Assembly (NCBI GenBank): GCA_038207335.1
Contig: JBBQZX010000021.1
Location: 32,001 to 96,000 of the forward strand
Source of the DNA: Chthoniobacterales bacterium
GTDB taxonomy: Bacteria > Verrucomicrobiota > Verrucomicrobiia > Chthoniobacterales > Chthoniobacteraceae
Reading direction: 5' to 3'
Length of the DNA stretch: 64,000 nucleotides
Positions 19,601 through 30,674 of this stretch are shown here, in pieces. The position numbers were made by a program, and so were the translations under genes. A model generated the notes under the pieces. That model worked only from the letters and a program-made list of their open reading frames with translations. It ran no database searches and had not been told where the DNA came from. Each line of letters opens with the position of its first letter. The first letter of the stretch is position 1.

Positions 19601-20758
19601 ATGAAACATCGTCTTTACCTTGCATTCGCGGCCTTCCTCAGCGCGACGGGCGTCGCCGACCTCCGAGCGCAGACCCTCGCCGACCCGAGCTTCGAGTCGG
19701 TTCAGCAGGGGGGTGCAAATTTCTACTACCAGCCCACCGGCTTCCCATGGAGTTTCACCTCCACCTCCGGCGTCATCCAGCCCCCCAGCGCTTTTGCGGG
19801 TCCCACCACCGGCTTTAATGGCACCCAATACGCCTTTCTCCAGACCAACACCGGCAGTCCTAGCTCCAACGGTGCCGGCGGCCTCATCTCACAGACTGTC
19901 AATTTCCCGAGCGCGGGCAACTACCGGCTCTCCCTAATAAACGCTTACCGGGGAACTCAATCCGCCGCCCGCTACGCCGTCCAGATCGACGGCGTCACCG
20001 TCACCTCCTCCGTGGGCGCCTTCAATAGCGCCTTCACCGCGAATCAGATCAACTTCGCCGCCCCTGCCGGTTCTCACACCTTCTCCCTCATCTCCACCGG
20101 GCCCACCGACTCCACCACATTTGTGGACCAGCTCGCCCTCTCCGTCGCCAATGGCGGCTTCAGCATCGGCACCTTCACCGGCGACGCCGACTCCGGCGTC
20201 TCCACCTCGAAGACCTACACCCACGCCATCGATCTCGATGGCTCCGGTGGCAACGTCAATGGCGTCACCTTTTCCCCCGGAGGCACCGGCGCCCAAGCCA
20301 CCTACACCCTCTCTGGAGCCGGAACGCCCAACGCCAGCCTCACCACCAACACTCTCACCGGCACGATGCACTCCATCGCCACCGACTTCTTCTACGGCGG
20401 CAATCCGGCCACCCTCACCCTCTCCGGCCTCACCGTCGGCAAACAATACCTCACCACCTTCTACGCCGCCGGCTTTGGCGCCGCCGGGGGCCGTCTCCAG
20501 ACCGCCTCCGACAGTCTGGGCAACGTCATCTACTTCGATGAAGACGCCGCCGGCCAGAACAACGGCACCCTTTTGCGCGACGCCTTCACCGCCACCGCCA
20601 GCACCGTTACCTTCACCTTCACACCGACTGTAGCCGGCAATACCTACCACTTCTACGGTTTCAGCAACGAAGTCGTCCCCGAGCCCGGCACCCTCGGCCT
20701 CCTCGCCTGCGCCGCCACCGGCCTTCTCGCCCGCCGTCGCCGCAGCGCTGCGCAGTAA
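19601..20758 (+). CDS. PEP-CTERM surface protein
   Basis: Signal peptide, a jelly-roll-like N domain (DPSFE), C-terminal VPEP-TM-RRRR. Confidence 0.92.
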   Translation: MKHRLYLAFAAFLSATGVADLRAQTLADPSFESVQQGGANFYYQPTGFPWSFTSTSGVIQPPSAFAGPTTGFNGTQYAFLQTNTGSPSSNGAGGLISQTVNFPSAGNYRLSLINAYRGTQSAARYAVQIDGVTVTSSVGAFNSAFTANQINFAAPAGSHTFSLISTGPTDSTTFVDQLALSVANGGFSIGTFTGDADSGVSTSKTYTHAIDLDGSGGNVNGVTFSPGGTGAQATYTLSGAGTPNASLTTNTLTGTMHSIATDFFYGGNPATLTLSGLTVGKQYLTTFYAAGFGAAGGRLQTASDSLGNVIYFDEDAAGQNNGTLLRDAFTATASTVTFTFTPTVAGNTYHFYGFSNEVVPEPGTLGLLACAATGLLARRRRSAAQ

Positions 20759-20856
20759 TCACCGGCCAGTCCGCAGTGGGTCCGTTGCGCACAAAATTCT
20801 CTGCATCACGTTTGCAAAAACCCCGAGTTTGCTTCAATGCGACCCTCTTTTTCGCC

Positions 20857-21285
20857 ATGAAAAGCACACACGCCCGCTGCCTCCCCTTCCTCTGCCTTTT
20901 CCCGCCGCCGTGCCTGCGTGGGCTGGCACGTTGAAACGCGGTCGTTACAGTGGAACCTGCGTCTTTACTCAGACCCTTGCCGAGAGCGGTATCGTCGTGA
21001 AAAAGACGTTCGCCGTCACCGGCCGCATCCGCGATAATTTCACCTGCATCTTTCTTGGCGTCCCCCTCGGGGTCGCCACCAATCGCGTCGATAGGCGACT
21101 TTTCAGTGGCACCATCAATGTCGGTCTCAGTAAATTTAGCGGCCTCAGAGGCACCGATAACGACGGCAATACATTCAGTTGTCAGAACCGGCGGCACCCT
21201 GCGGCTCGCCTGGACCTTCCATCACGGCCAGACGTTCGGCGATACGGTCAACCGTCGCGCATCTCACGGCGATAGGGGGCGCTAG
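20857..21285 (+). pseudogene. Frameshifted secreted hypothetical protein
   Basis: ATG 20857 signal-like start shifts near 20900 into the 20829 frame (AAVPAWAGTLKRG) and apparently shifts again near 21185. Confidence 0.4.
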
Positions 21286-21291
21286 AGGCGG

Positions 21292-21669
21292 CTACTTCAT
21301 CGAGTGCAGGCCGATGAGATTGCCCTCCGTGTCGAGAACGAGCGCGATGAAGCCCCATTGCCCGATGGGAGACTTCTCCTTCTGGATGCGCCCGCCATTC
21401 TCGACCGCGCGCGCCGCCTCAATGGCGCAATCTTCGCACGAGAAATAGACGAGCGACCCTCCGACGCCGGAGTCCTTGCCGTCCATCTTCACGAGCGCGC
21501 CTGCACAGCCGCCGCCTTCGTGACTCATGGGGAAGGCGAACAGCTCCACGCCGGAAGCTTCGAGGCGCTCGAAGGTGGTCTGGAGGGTCTTTTGGTAGAA
21601 GGTCTTGGCGCGATCCATGTCCTGGACATAGATCTCGAACCAGCCGACGGGATTGCGTTCAGGATTCAT
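21292..21669 (-). CDS. VOC/glyoxalase family protein
   Basis: NPVGWFEIYVQDMDRAKTFY, GFIALVLDTEGNLIGLHS. Confidence 0.92.
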   Translation of the reverse strand: MNPERNPVGWFEIYVQDMDRAKTFYQKTLQTTFERLEASGVELFAFPMSHEGGGCAGALVKMDGKDSGVGGSLVYFSCEDCAIEAARAVENGGRIQKEKSPIGQWGFIALVLDTEGNLIGLHSMK

Positions 21670-21729
21670 AGTTGGGAGTTCGGTTAAACGTTCGAGATTA
21701 CTTCGCACCGCATCGGGCCGCCGGTCGCG

Positions 21730-22440
21730 CTACACCTCGCGGATCGTGAAATCCCCCGTCGTCGGAGAAAGCTCGATCGGCGCGTCGGGCGTCGCGGCGG
21801 TGGTGAGGTGCGCGGTGTAGCCGAGCGCTTTCACCTTGCCGATTTGCCCGGCGGTGAAGCCAAAGTGACGCCGCTCCCGGCGCTTCCGCTGATCGTCCCT
21901 TTGATCATGCTCGCGATCCGCGGGATGATTGCCGTCAGGAAGTTATTGATCATCGTGTTGCCCGTCGTGCCGAAGCCCGCCGCGCCGCCGTCATTGATCC
22001 CCGCGGTCACCGAGCTCGCGATCCAATCGCCCCCGACGGAGATCGCGCCGATTTGTGCGTTTCCATTGAAGCCGCTGGTATCCGTGTCGGAGGGCCGGAA
22101 GCCGCCCAGAATTTTCGCGAATTCCACACGGCCTCCCACCTTTACATTGCCGATCGCGAGGTCGGTCGTGGCGTCGGTGGGCAGGTGAAGGTGGCCGCTC
22201 CCCGTGATCAGGACGAAGCTCGACTGCCCGGCGATATCATTCCCGATAAGGCTGCCTTTCACCGTGACCGGCCCGAGGGCGTAGCAAGCGCGGATCGCCT
22301 CGCAATTCGTCAGCGTGCCGCTGCTGGCGTCGAGCCCGGCGATGATCGAATCCCCCACCGTCACACTCGCGATGTCCCCGCCGAAGCTGATGATCGACCC
22401 CACGCGGTCGAGCGAGACGGAGCCGGTGATGCTCCCTCCG
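21730..22440 (-). pseudogene. C-terminal remnant of a large Gly-rich beta-repeat surface protein
   Basis: IGxVxVGG repeats; a frameshift at about 21868 continues as HFGFTAGQIGKVKALG...GDFTIREV*; no N-terminus or signal peptide. Confidence 0.68.
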
Positions 22441-22733
22441 GGGATGCGCCTATCCAACCCGCCCCGTGAGGCGGGTCGAGCAAGAACCCCGGCGGGCAAT
22501 GAAAACGTGGGCGATCACGCCGCGCGGAGCTTCATTTGGTAGAGGAGGAGCAAAATGAGGATGCCGCCATCAATCACGAAAGCGGACTTGATTGGCTGCG
22601 CGATCTCTCCTGGCAGCTATGGACATCTCCTCGACGCAGCGAAACATCCACGTTTCTATCCGCTCTCGGAAGAGTGCAGCGTGGAATGAGCCAGACTCCT
22701 CATCGCCAAACAACGCGAACTCCTCCGTGCCGG

Positions 22734-23708
22734 ATGACTCTCACCCGATCCCGACTGCTCCCCATCACGCGAATCGTTGCTGCGGGCATGGCGATTAGCG
22801 GCTTTCTCGCAGTCGCGATTGGATTCTTCGGCGATGTTCATTGGTATGCCGATCTCTTCTCGCATCTGCGACCGCAGTATTGCGTCTGGCTTGGCCTTGC
22901 GATCATTGCCGCGACGCTTGCCAGACGGTGGATTGCCTTGGGCGTGGCGCTCGCCGCTTTGATCGCAAACTGCGTCGCTCTCGCCCCATACTCCGTCCCG
23001 TGGCATGACTCGCAGGCTGCGCAGCCGTGCGGGCGCCCGTGGACATTCGTCACGATCAACCTCCTCTACGGCAACCGGCAGCATTCGCTCGTCTCGGAGT
23101 ATCTGCGGCGCGAAAAGGCGGACGTGGTCGTCTTCGAGGAGGTTTCGGCCTACTGGCAGGCAGAGCTCGAGGAACTCAGCGATCTTTACCCCTACCGCTC
23201 CACGAAAGTCGCCAAGGACAGCTTTGGCATCGCGATTTTTTCCCGTCAGGAGCCGCTGAAGGTCGCCATTCGGCAAGTGGGAGAACGCGAAGGCGACGTG
23301 GCAGTCTTCGGGACTTGGGAGAGCGACGGGAAGCGCTTTGGCCTCGTCGGCGTCCACCCGGACAAGCCCGACGACGCGTGGAAGGTCCGCAACCGGCGCG
23401 TGTATCTCGGTAACGTCGCGCAGTGGTGCAACGATCAAACGAAGGCCGGCAGGCCGCTGCTTGCCATCGGCGACTTCAACGCCACCCCGTGGTCGGCGTC
23501 ACTCCGATCGTTCGTCCGTGACACGGATCTTCGCAACGCCAACCAAGGCACGATCTTCGGAGCCACATGGAATCTCTGGCAACCGCACCGCCTCTTGATC
23601 GACCACGTCTTTCTCTCCCCTCAGTGGACGCTACTCCACCGCGAGGTCGGGCCCGACATCGGCTCGGATCACCGTCCGCTCCTCATACGCGCCGCCCTGA
23701 AGCTCTGA
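22734..23708 (+). CDS. Membrane-anchored endonuclease/exonuclease/phosphatase (EEP) family protein
   Basis: 3 TMs; DVVVFEEV, GDFNATPWS, IDHV, GSDHRP. Confidence 0.9.
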   Translation: MTLTRSRLLPITRIVAAGMAISGFLAVAIGFFGDVHWYADLFSHLRPQYCVWLGLAIIAATLARRWIALGVALAALIANCVALAPYSVPWHDSQAAQPCGRPWTFVTINLLYGNRQHSLVSEYLRREKADVVVFEEVSAYWQAELEELSDLYPYRSTKVAKDSFGIAIFSRQEPLKVAIRQVGEREGDVAVFGTWESDGKRFGLVGVHPDKPDDAWKVRNRRVYLGNVAQWCNDQTKAGRPLLAIGDFNATPWSASLRSFVRDTDLRNANQGTIFGATWNLWQPHRLLIDHVFLSPQWTLLHREVGPDIGSDHRPLLIRAALKL

Positions 23709-23770
23709 AAGTCGCGATCGGGAGTTCAACCCAGAGCCCATCCGAGAGGGAAATGCTCGCGCCGCGACCA

Positions 23771-24373
23771 TTATTCCGGGCGGATCATCTCAAAGCGGTC
23801 GCTGGTCCGGCAGTACCAGTGCGGGCTTGCCATGCGGCCGATGACTTGGTAGCGCTCGCCGCGGATTCGGAGCGTCGCGGGGTCGATCAGTTCCTCCCGA
23901 ATGTGCGCGCGCTTCACCAACCCGATCACGAGGCGGTTCCCGCCGATCTGCAGAGTGCCCCACTCCACGCATTCGAGGCTCGCGGGCGCGGCGGCGATTC
24001 GCGGCACCTTTACCGCGGAGCCCGGCACAGTCGCCAACCCCGCCGCGACCACCTCGCTCTTGCCAAAAGGCAGCGTCGCCGCCGTCGCATTCATCGCCTC
24101 GGCGAGCGCTTCATCCACTAGATTCACCACGAACTCATGCCCCGCGCGGATATTCCTCGCCGTATCCTTCGGCGTCCCGTCGTCACGATCCCCGGGGCAA
24201 AATCCCACAATCGGCGGGTTCGCCCCGAGCACGTTGAAAAAGCTGAACGGCGCGGCATTCACCGCTCCATCCGGCCCCAGCGTCGTCACCCATGCGATGG
24301 GCCGCGGCGTCACCAGAGACGCTAGGATCGCATACGCGCGACCCGCATGTTCACCTTCGAGATCGAGTTCCAT
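23771..24373 (-). CDS. Flavin reductase-like protein
   Basis: PRPIAWVTT, NAAPFSFFN, KDTARNI, EFVVN. Confidence 0.92.
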   Translation of the reverse strand: MELDLEGEHAGRAYAILASLVTPRPIAWVTTLGPDGAVNAAPFSFFNVLGANPPIVGFCPGDRDDGTPKDTARNIRAGHEFVVNLVDEALAEAMNATAATLPFGKSEVVAAGLATVPGSAVKVPRIAAAPASLECVEWGTLQIGGNRLVIGLVKRAHIREELIDPATLRIRGERYQVIGRMASPHWYCRTSDRFEMIRPE

Positions 24374-24586
24374 GCGAGTGAAACGTCCCGCGCCCCGGCC
24401 CCGGCCTTGCGGCGAATTCAGTGCCACGGCATTTCGATAGCGCCCAGAGGGAAGACCGCGAAATCGTTTCGTGCGTGAATTTTTTTGCTTTCACGGGTGT
24501 GGTGCGCTTCATTCCGCGCGCTTGCAAGAAAGGCGGCTTGTCAAGGCAGTGCTCGGTGCCCGCCGGTCGGTCTCAAGTTCCCTTGC

Positions 24587-27500
24587 ATGAAAGCATTTGC
24601 CGCATTCCTTTTGCTCGTCTGCGCTCCGTTCGCGGACGCCGCTTCGTTGTTTCAAGATGGCTTCGAGACAGGTCCGCTCGGGAGCGCATGGACAGTGACA
24701 AGCAGTGGCGACGGGCGGGTGGCGATCCACGATGACTTTGGCCTGCGACGGGTGCGCGGCATTTGGTGCTGGATGATGCGGTGAGCGATGCGGCGAATTC
24801 CGTGGCGGAGGCGACGCTGACGCTGGACCTGGCGCACAAGAAGAATGTGGTGCTCTCTTTCAAGGCGAAGAGTCTCGGCAATGAGCCGAATCCGCCCCCG
24901 GCGAACAACTTCTCCAATACGCGCAACTACGACGGCGTGGCAGTGAGTGTCGATGGGGGGACCACTTGGAGGGCGGTGCAGTCGCTTGCGGGTGTGGGGA
25001 CGGATTGGGAGAGCTTTAATATCACGCTCGATAGCTCGGTGGCGTGGCTGGGGTCGTTTAGCGCGGGCTTTCGCATCCGCTTTTCGGAATATGACAACGC
25101 GAGGGTGCCGATCGATGGGATCGCGATCGACGATGTCGCGGTGACCGGCGACGACGACCTGAGCGCGGTGCTGGAGCTGCCCTCGTCGGTGCGCGAGGGA
25201 AGCGGGCCGTATATCGGCTACGTCCTGCTTTCTTTCTCGCAGCCACAGGCGGTGACGGTGGCGCTGGCGACTTCGCCCACGGGGCAGGTGCTGCTGCCGG
25301 CCTCCGTGGTGGTGCCTGCGGGGCAGTCGTACGCGAGCTTTGAGTTCACCGTGGCGGACGATGCGCTCGTGAATCTTACCCGGATCATCACGGTGACGCC
25401 CTTGGGGCCGGCCGGCTTCACGGGCGTCCCGAGCAGCATCGTGGTGCTGGACGACGAGGCTCTGCCCACCGCGACCTTGACCCTGCCCGCGCAATTGAAG
25501 GAGGGGGAGCTCCCAGGGGGTAATGCCTTCATCTCGCTGAAGTTTCCCGCCACCGCACCGATCGTTTTCGATATCACGACGAGTCCTGCGGGGGAGATTT
25601 CCGTTCCATCGACGGTCACCGTCCCCGCTGGCGCGACGCTGGCGGGCTTCACAGCTCAAGCGCTCAATGATACGCGGCTCGATGGGGACATTCTCGTGAC
25701 CGTGACGGCGACCGCGCCCCTACTCGCCCCGGCTGTGGCGCAGACGACCGCCGTGGACGACGAAATTCCCGCGCTCTCCCTGGTGCTGCCCGCGACTTTG
25801 ACCGAAGGTGCCGCCGGCACAGCCACGATCAACATGTCCGGCGCGCTGCCAGCGGCCCTGACCGTCAATCTCACCAGCTCGCTCACTGCCGCGCTCACGG
25901 TGCCCACGACGATCATGATCCCCGCGGGCCAGACGACCGCGACATTTCCCCTGACCACCGTGGACGACGGCCTGATCAATTTCGCCCGCTCCGCGACGAT
26001 CAGCGCCAGCGGAACCGGCGTGTCGAGCACTTCGGCCAGCCTCTCCGTGCTCGACGACGAAACGCCGCCGGTGCTCACGCTCACGCTGCCCGCCACCGTC
26101 ACCGAGGGCCTTTACCCCGCGTGGAATGCCACCGTCTCGCTCAGCACCGCCGCTGCCGCTCCGCTGACCGTCGTCTTCACTACCAACCCCGGCACCGAGC
26201 TGAGCCTCCCATTTTCCCTGATCATCCCCGCCGGCCAGACGCAGGTGGCGTTCACCGTCCAGGCGGCGAATGACACGCGCATCGACGGCGACGTCCTCGT
26301 CTCAGTCTCCGCGACCCCGTCCAGCGCATCCGGTGTCGCGCCCGCCACCGCGAGCATCACCACCATCGACAACGAAACCCGCGTGCTCACCCTCGCCCTC
26401 CCCGCCACGATCCTAGAGGGCGGCACCGGCTCCGGCACCGTCACGATGTCCGGCACTTTGACGACCCCGCTCGTGGTCAGTCTCACCAGCTCGAAAGTCA
26501 GCGCGCTCACGCTTCCAGCCACCGTCACGATCCCCGCCGGCGGCACCCAGGTCAGCTTCATCGCCACCGCTCCCGACAACGCCGCCACCGACGGCAGCCG
26601 CCCCGTCAATGGCACCGTTGCCGCCGCGACCTTCACCGGCGCATCGGCCGCCGTCGTCGTCCGCGACAACGAACTCGTCCGCTACAGCTTCAGCGGCCTG
26701 GCGAATATCGTGAACGTCTCCAAGCCGCAGACCATCACCGTCGGCGGGGCCGATGTGGAGGGGAACATCATCCCCGGCGTGCTCGGCACGGTGAATCTCA
26801 GTCTCGTCCGTCCGGACGGCACCACCCAGCCTTTGACGCCGCCCACCGCGGTGCTCTCCGGCTCGGCGGGTTGGACCGGGAGCGTCACACTTCCCGCCGT
26901 CACGGTGGGGCCGCTGAAGTTGCGCGCCACCGGCACGGGCGGCATCACCGGCGACTCGAGCTTCTTCGACCCGCTGAACGTCCTGAGCCTCACGACAGCC
27001 GACCTTTTGTGGGATGGAGTCCGCAAGCGCATCTTCGCGAGCGTGCCTGCCACGGCGGGCGGCGCTTATGCAAATCAGGTCGTCGCCATCGATCCCGCCA
27101 CCCTCCAGATCACTGGCAGCGTCACCACCGGCCAGGACCCCGGACAGATCGTCATGACTAGCGGCGGCGAATACCTCTACGTCGCGCTCAAGGCCAACGG
27201 CACCGTCGATCGCATCGAGCGCAGCCCCACCGCTGGCACCTTCATCGGCTACAACAACTACACCAGCGGCTTCGGCCTCACCCGCCTCCTCATCGCCTCC
27301 GACGGCGTCACCATCACCCAAACAAATTCCAGCGTCATCAGCGGCTACTACGTCGAAATCCGTAGCTCCGGCTCCCTCCTCGCCTCCTCCAGCGGCCTCA
27401 TCGTCGATGCCGCCAGCCTCACCCTTAAGTCCAACCTCGGCACCACCGGGCGCCCCTGCCTTGACACCCCCTACCAGCGCGCCTACATCGTCAATGGCGC

Positions 27501-28089
27501 CAGCCTCCGCGCCTTCGACACCACCACCGGCAGCGCCACCGGCTCCCTCACCCTTCCTACCACACTCACCGGCGACTGGGCCCTCAACTCCCTCCGCTGG
27601 GGCCTCGACGGCTTCGCCATCCTCGGCCCCGACAAAATCTACCTCGCCCGCTGGTCCGCCGCCATCCCCGCCGCCCTCGACTCGAACAACGACGGCACCT
27701 CCGACGCCTGGGCCGCCGCCTACTTCAGCACCTTCACCCTCGACCCCGCGGCCGACACCGACCGCGACGGCATCGCCGACTCCCTCGAATACCTCTTCGG
27801 AACCTCCCCCCTCACCGGCAACCGCAGCCCCATCGCCTTCAGCACCACGAAAGCCGCCGGCCGCACCATCCTTCACCTCACCTTCCCCCGGCGCGCCGAC
27901 CTCGCCCCTGGCTCCTACGGCTTCCTCGTCGGCACCGACCTCGCCACATGGCAGCCCGTCGCCAGCCTCACCGAGACCATCATCTCCACCCAGATCATCG
28001 GCGGAGTGAAAATCGACACCATCGACGCCGCCGTGCCCTCTCCTTCCGAGGAATGTGGATACCTCAGGTTAAAGTGGACCCATCCCTAA
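24587..28089 (+). CDS. Large surface protein with five Calx-beta/Ig-like repeats, a truncated propeller and a Verrucomicrobia-type C-terminal domain; frameshift at about 24742
   Basis: Signal peptide MKAFAAFLLL.. in the 24485 frame joins the 24763 frame if one C is added (DFG-PATGARHLVLDD); about 100-aa LxLPxxxxEG...PAG...DDE repeats; DxDxDG..LEYLFGT motif. Confidence 0.8.
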
Positions 28090-28106
28090 GCCCGCCAGCC
28101 CTGCCC

Positions 28107-28469
28107 ATGCACCGCGCCACCCTCACCCGCTGTGTGGAAATCCTCCCCATCGTCGTCCCCGTCGTCCTCATCATCGGAGCCATCAGCTTCCTTTCCCGAC
28201 CCTCCCCCCCGACTCCCCTCGACCCCGCCCGCCTGCACCCACCCGGAGAACCAGGCGTCTCCTATTGCACCCTCGACTCCGCCGGCCATCTCGCCAGCAC
28301 CCAGCACAAAGACGCCCGCGGCCTTTCCCCCCTTGAAATCCTCCACACCCCTACCGGCGACATCACCATCCAGCGCACCTTCGGCGACACCGGCACCCTC
28401 TTAAAAGAAGAAGCCTTCCGCGCCGGCCACCCCGTCCCCCTTCCCGCCCATAGAAAGGCCGAACAGTAG
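28107..28469 (+). CDS. Small membrane-anchored hypothetical protein
   Basis: One TM, Pro-rich linker; same C-ending codon bias as the upstream gene. Confidence 0.65.
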   Translation: MHRATLTRCVEILPIVVPVVLIIGAISFLSRPSPPTPLDPARLHPPGEPGVSYCTLDSAGHLASTQHKDARGLSPLEILHTPTGDITIQRTFGDTGTLLKEEAFRAGHPVPLPAHRKAEQ

Positions 28470-28593
28470 CTGCCGACTGCGGCGGCCCGGAGGGCAGAAG
28501 AAGCGAACGGGTGGCGCCATCTCACGGAGGAACGACCACAGCTACGGCAGGGGCGTCGGAAGCCCCAGCAGGAAGTGGAATCTCCAAAGACGG

Positions 28594-29891
28594 TCAGCGA
28601 CTTAGAACGCGATGTTTGCGGCGGGCCTTGCTTTTGGAAAGAGAGGGCAAGATCACGCCTTGCGCAGCGAGGGATTCCGGAGCAGCGGCTGGAGCGGCTT
28701 CCACCGGAAACGCGAGTCGGTAGAACCGCGACGTGAAAGCCGAGGCGGCAGCATCTTCAAAAAGAAAACCACCGTCGCCCGCGGCCCGCACGGTGCCGAT
28801 CGGCTGAAAAGGCGCGTCGAGTGTCTCCGTCGCGAGCACTGTGTGCGTGCCGTTAGGGACGGCGCGGCCGCGGAGGGACAGCTTCCCATCGGTGCCGCGC
28901 TGGATGCTGCTGAATTGGAGTTCCCCCGCGACTCGCACGATGGTGCCGTGCGAGAGGAAGCCGGGCGTGCTGTCCTGAATCACATTGACGAGCGGCGCCG
29001 CGGTGGCGAGGTCATCGTAGGAGTCAGTGTAGGCGAGACGCCCGGCATTGCCGGGCTGAGAATTCGACACGTAGATGCGCCAGTGGCCGTTGCCGAGCGG
29101 GAGAAAGTTCACGCCTTCACTGCCGTCGTGCTGCCAGTATCCGGGGCCGGGATCGCCGCTATCGATCCTGGTGTATTCGGATAAAGGCCCGACGACGCTT
29201 TTCCACAGTTCCTGCCGCGCGGTCCCGGAGTTGTGGATCGTCATGTACCACGCGCCATCGTGCTCCAAGATGAACTGCTCGAGGAACACCGGCGGCAGCC
29301 CCGACCCCGATGCGCCAGTGATAAAGCCCTGCGCGGTCCAGTTCGTCCCTGTGGAATCCGTGCGCCGGAACACGTATTCGTGCGCCACCCCCGTGTCGTA
29401 GTCGATGCCGGGGCAGGTAATGTAAGCGTCGCCATTGGCAGCGATGTAAAACTCCGGTCCCCAGCACTGCACATGATGCCCCTGCGTCACGACGGGGATA
29501 TTCGCGACAAAGCTCCAGTGAATAAGGTCCGTGGACCTCGCCAGCCCGAAATACCATTCGTCATGTCCAAAGTAAGGACTGCGAGGCGGCGACCCGATCA
29601 CCCCGAAATCGCCCGACGTATAGCACACGAACCACGTCTCGCCGATCCGCGCGATGGAGGGATCGCGGAGATCATCCCCATTGGGCGGCCGGAACAAATC
29701 AAAGGAGCCGCTCTCATTCTGCAACATCCGCCAAGTAATCCCGTCGTCGCTCAACCCGATCCGCAGCGCCTGCACTTCGTTGTTCAAGTTCGACATCACA
29801 TACCGCGCGCCCGGGATGATCGACCCGGTATCCGCGCGGGCCACCCCGCCGGCACGAGCGCGCACACGATCGCGAGGAAAAGGCAGTTCAT
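28594..29891 (-). CDS. Secreted five-bladed-propeller glycoside hydrolase-like protein (GH43/32/62-like clan); frameshift at about 29845
   Basis: LRDPSI, RSTDLIHW, WGPEF, SEG, SHGTIV; signal peptide MNCLFLAIVCALVPAG joins VARADTG if one G is added. Confidence 0.72.
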
Positions 29892-29958
29892 TCTGGTAAA
29901 CATCACGTGGCGGGAAGCAGCGAGGAGGCAACAGCTTCGACCCTTTTCAAGCGCCCCG

Positions 29959-30144
29959 CTACTCGCCTTCCTTGGAATCGGCCGGCAGGTCCAGATCCGG
30001 CCTCATCCGCATGAGGTGGAGAGCGAGTCCGCGTTCGCGTGGGCGAAACCACACCTCATCCAGCCAGAGGCGGCCGCTCAGATTGTAATCCCGAGCCAGG
30101 GGGTGGAGCTCGTCGAAATACGCCGGCGGGTCCGGCTCCTTCAA
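29959..30144 (-). CDS. Possible small protein
   Basis: TTG start overlaps the upstream stop (TTGA); protein-like composition. Confidence 0.3.
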   Translation of the reverse strand: MKEPDPPAYFDELHPLARDYNLSGRLWLDEVWFRPRERGLALHLMRMRPDLDLPADSKEGE

Positions 30145-30674
30145 TAGTCCACCGGGGGCGGGGGAACCGGGACTTGAGTATCATGAAACGCCAACAGCTT
30201 CTCCGATAACCGCCGCGCAAAAACCAAGCAAAGCCCGCCCAAGACGACATTCACAAAAGCCCGCCCGATCTCACCAAATGCCGTCTGAATCTGTGGAACG
30301 GTCGAATCCGAAGCGGCCGCGAGGGAGACTTCATAAAAACCCCAGGCCGCCACAGTGCCAGCCGAAGTCAGCATAAAGCGGAGCCCGAGGAACACAAAGG
30401 CGAGGCAATACAAGTCTTTCAGTGTAATCCCCCCTAGCGCGACTTCCCGATCTGGCTCTGGCGTCACCTTCACCGCGAGACGTCCGGCATAGCGCCACAT
30501 GCACACCGCTGCGAGGCCGAAGAAGAGGGGGCTGAGATATTCCACAAACGTCTTCGAAGCCCGGAAAGTCATGGAATGCTGCACTGCCTCCCCCACAAAA
30601 ATCGAAATGGCCTCCACCCCCCACAGTACCGCGAAGACTCGGAGGACGATGGTGACGATGGCGCTGAGGGGCAT
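30141..30674 (-). CDS. Four-TM hypothetical membrane protein
   Basis: Four hydrophobic segments. Confidence 0.75.
   Translation of the reverse strand: MPLSAIVTIVLRVFAVLWGVEAISIFVGEAVQHSMTFRASKTFVEYLSPLFFGLAAVCMWRYAGRLAVKVTPEPDREVALGGITLKDLYCLAFVFLGLRFMLTSAGTVAAWGFYEVSLAAASDSTVPQIQTAFGEIGRAFVNVVLGGLCLVFARRLSEKLLAFHDTQVPVPPPPVDY

Noticed and set aside
22438..22530. tRNA, SRP RNA or group II intron end
   Set aside because: No cloverleaf or TTCGA arm, no SRP GGAA/AGCAG loop, no GTGCG start or domain V
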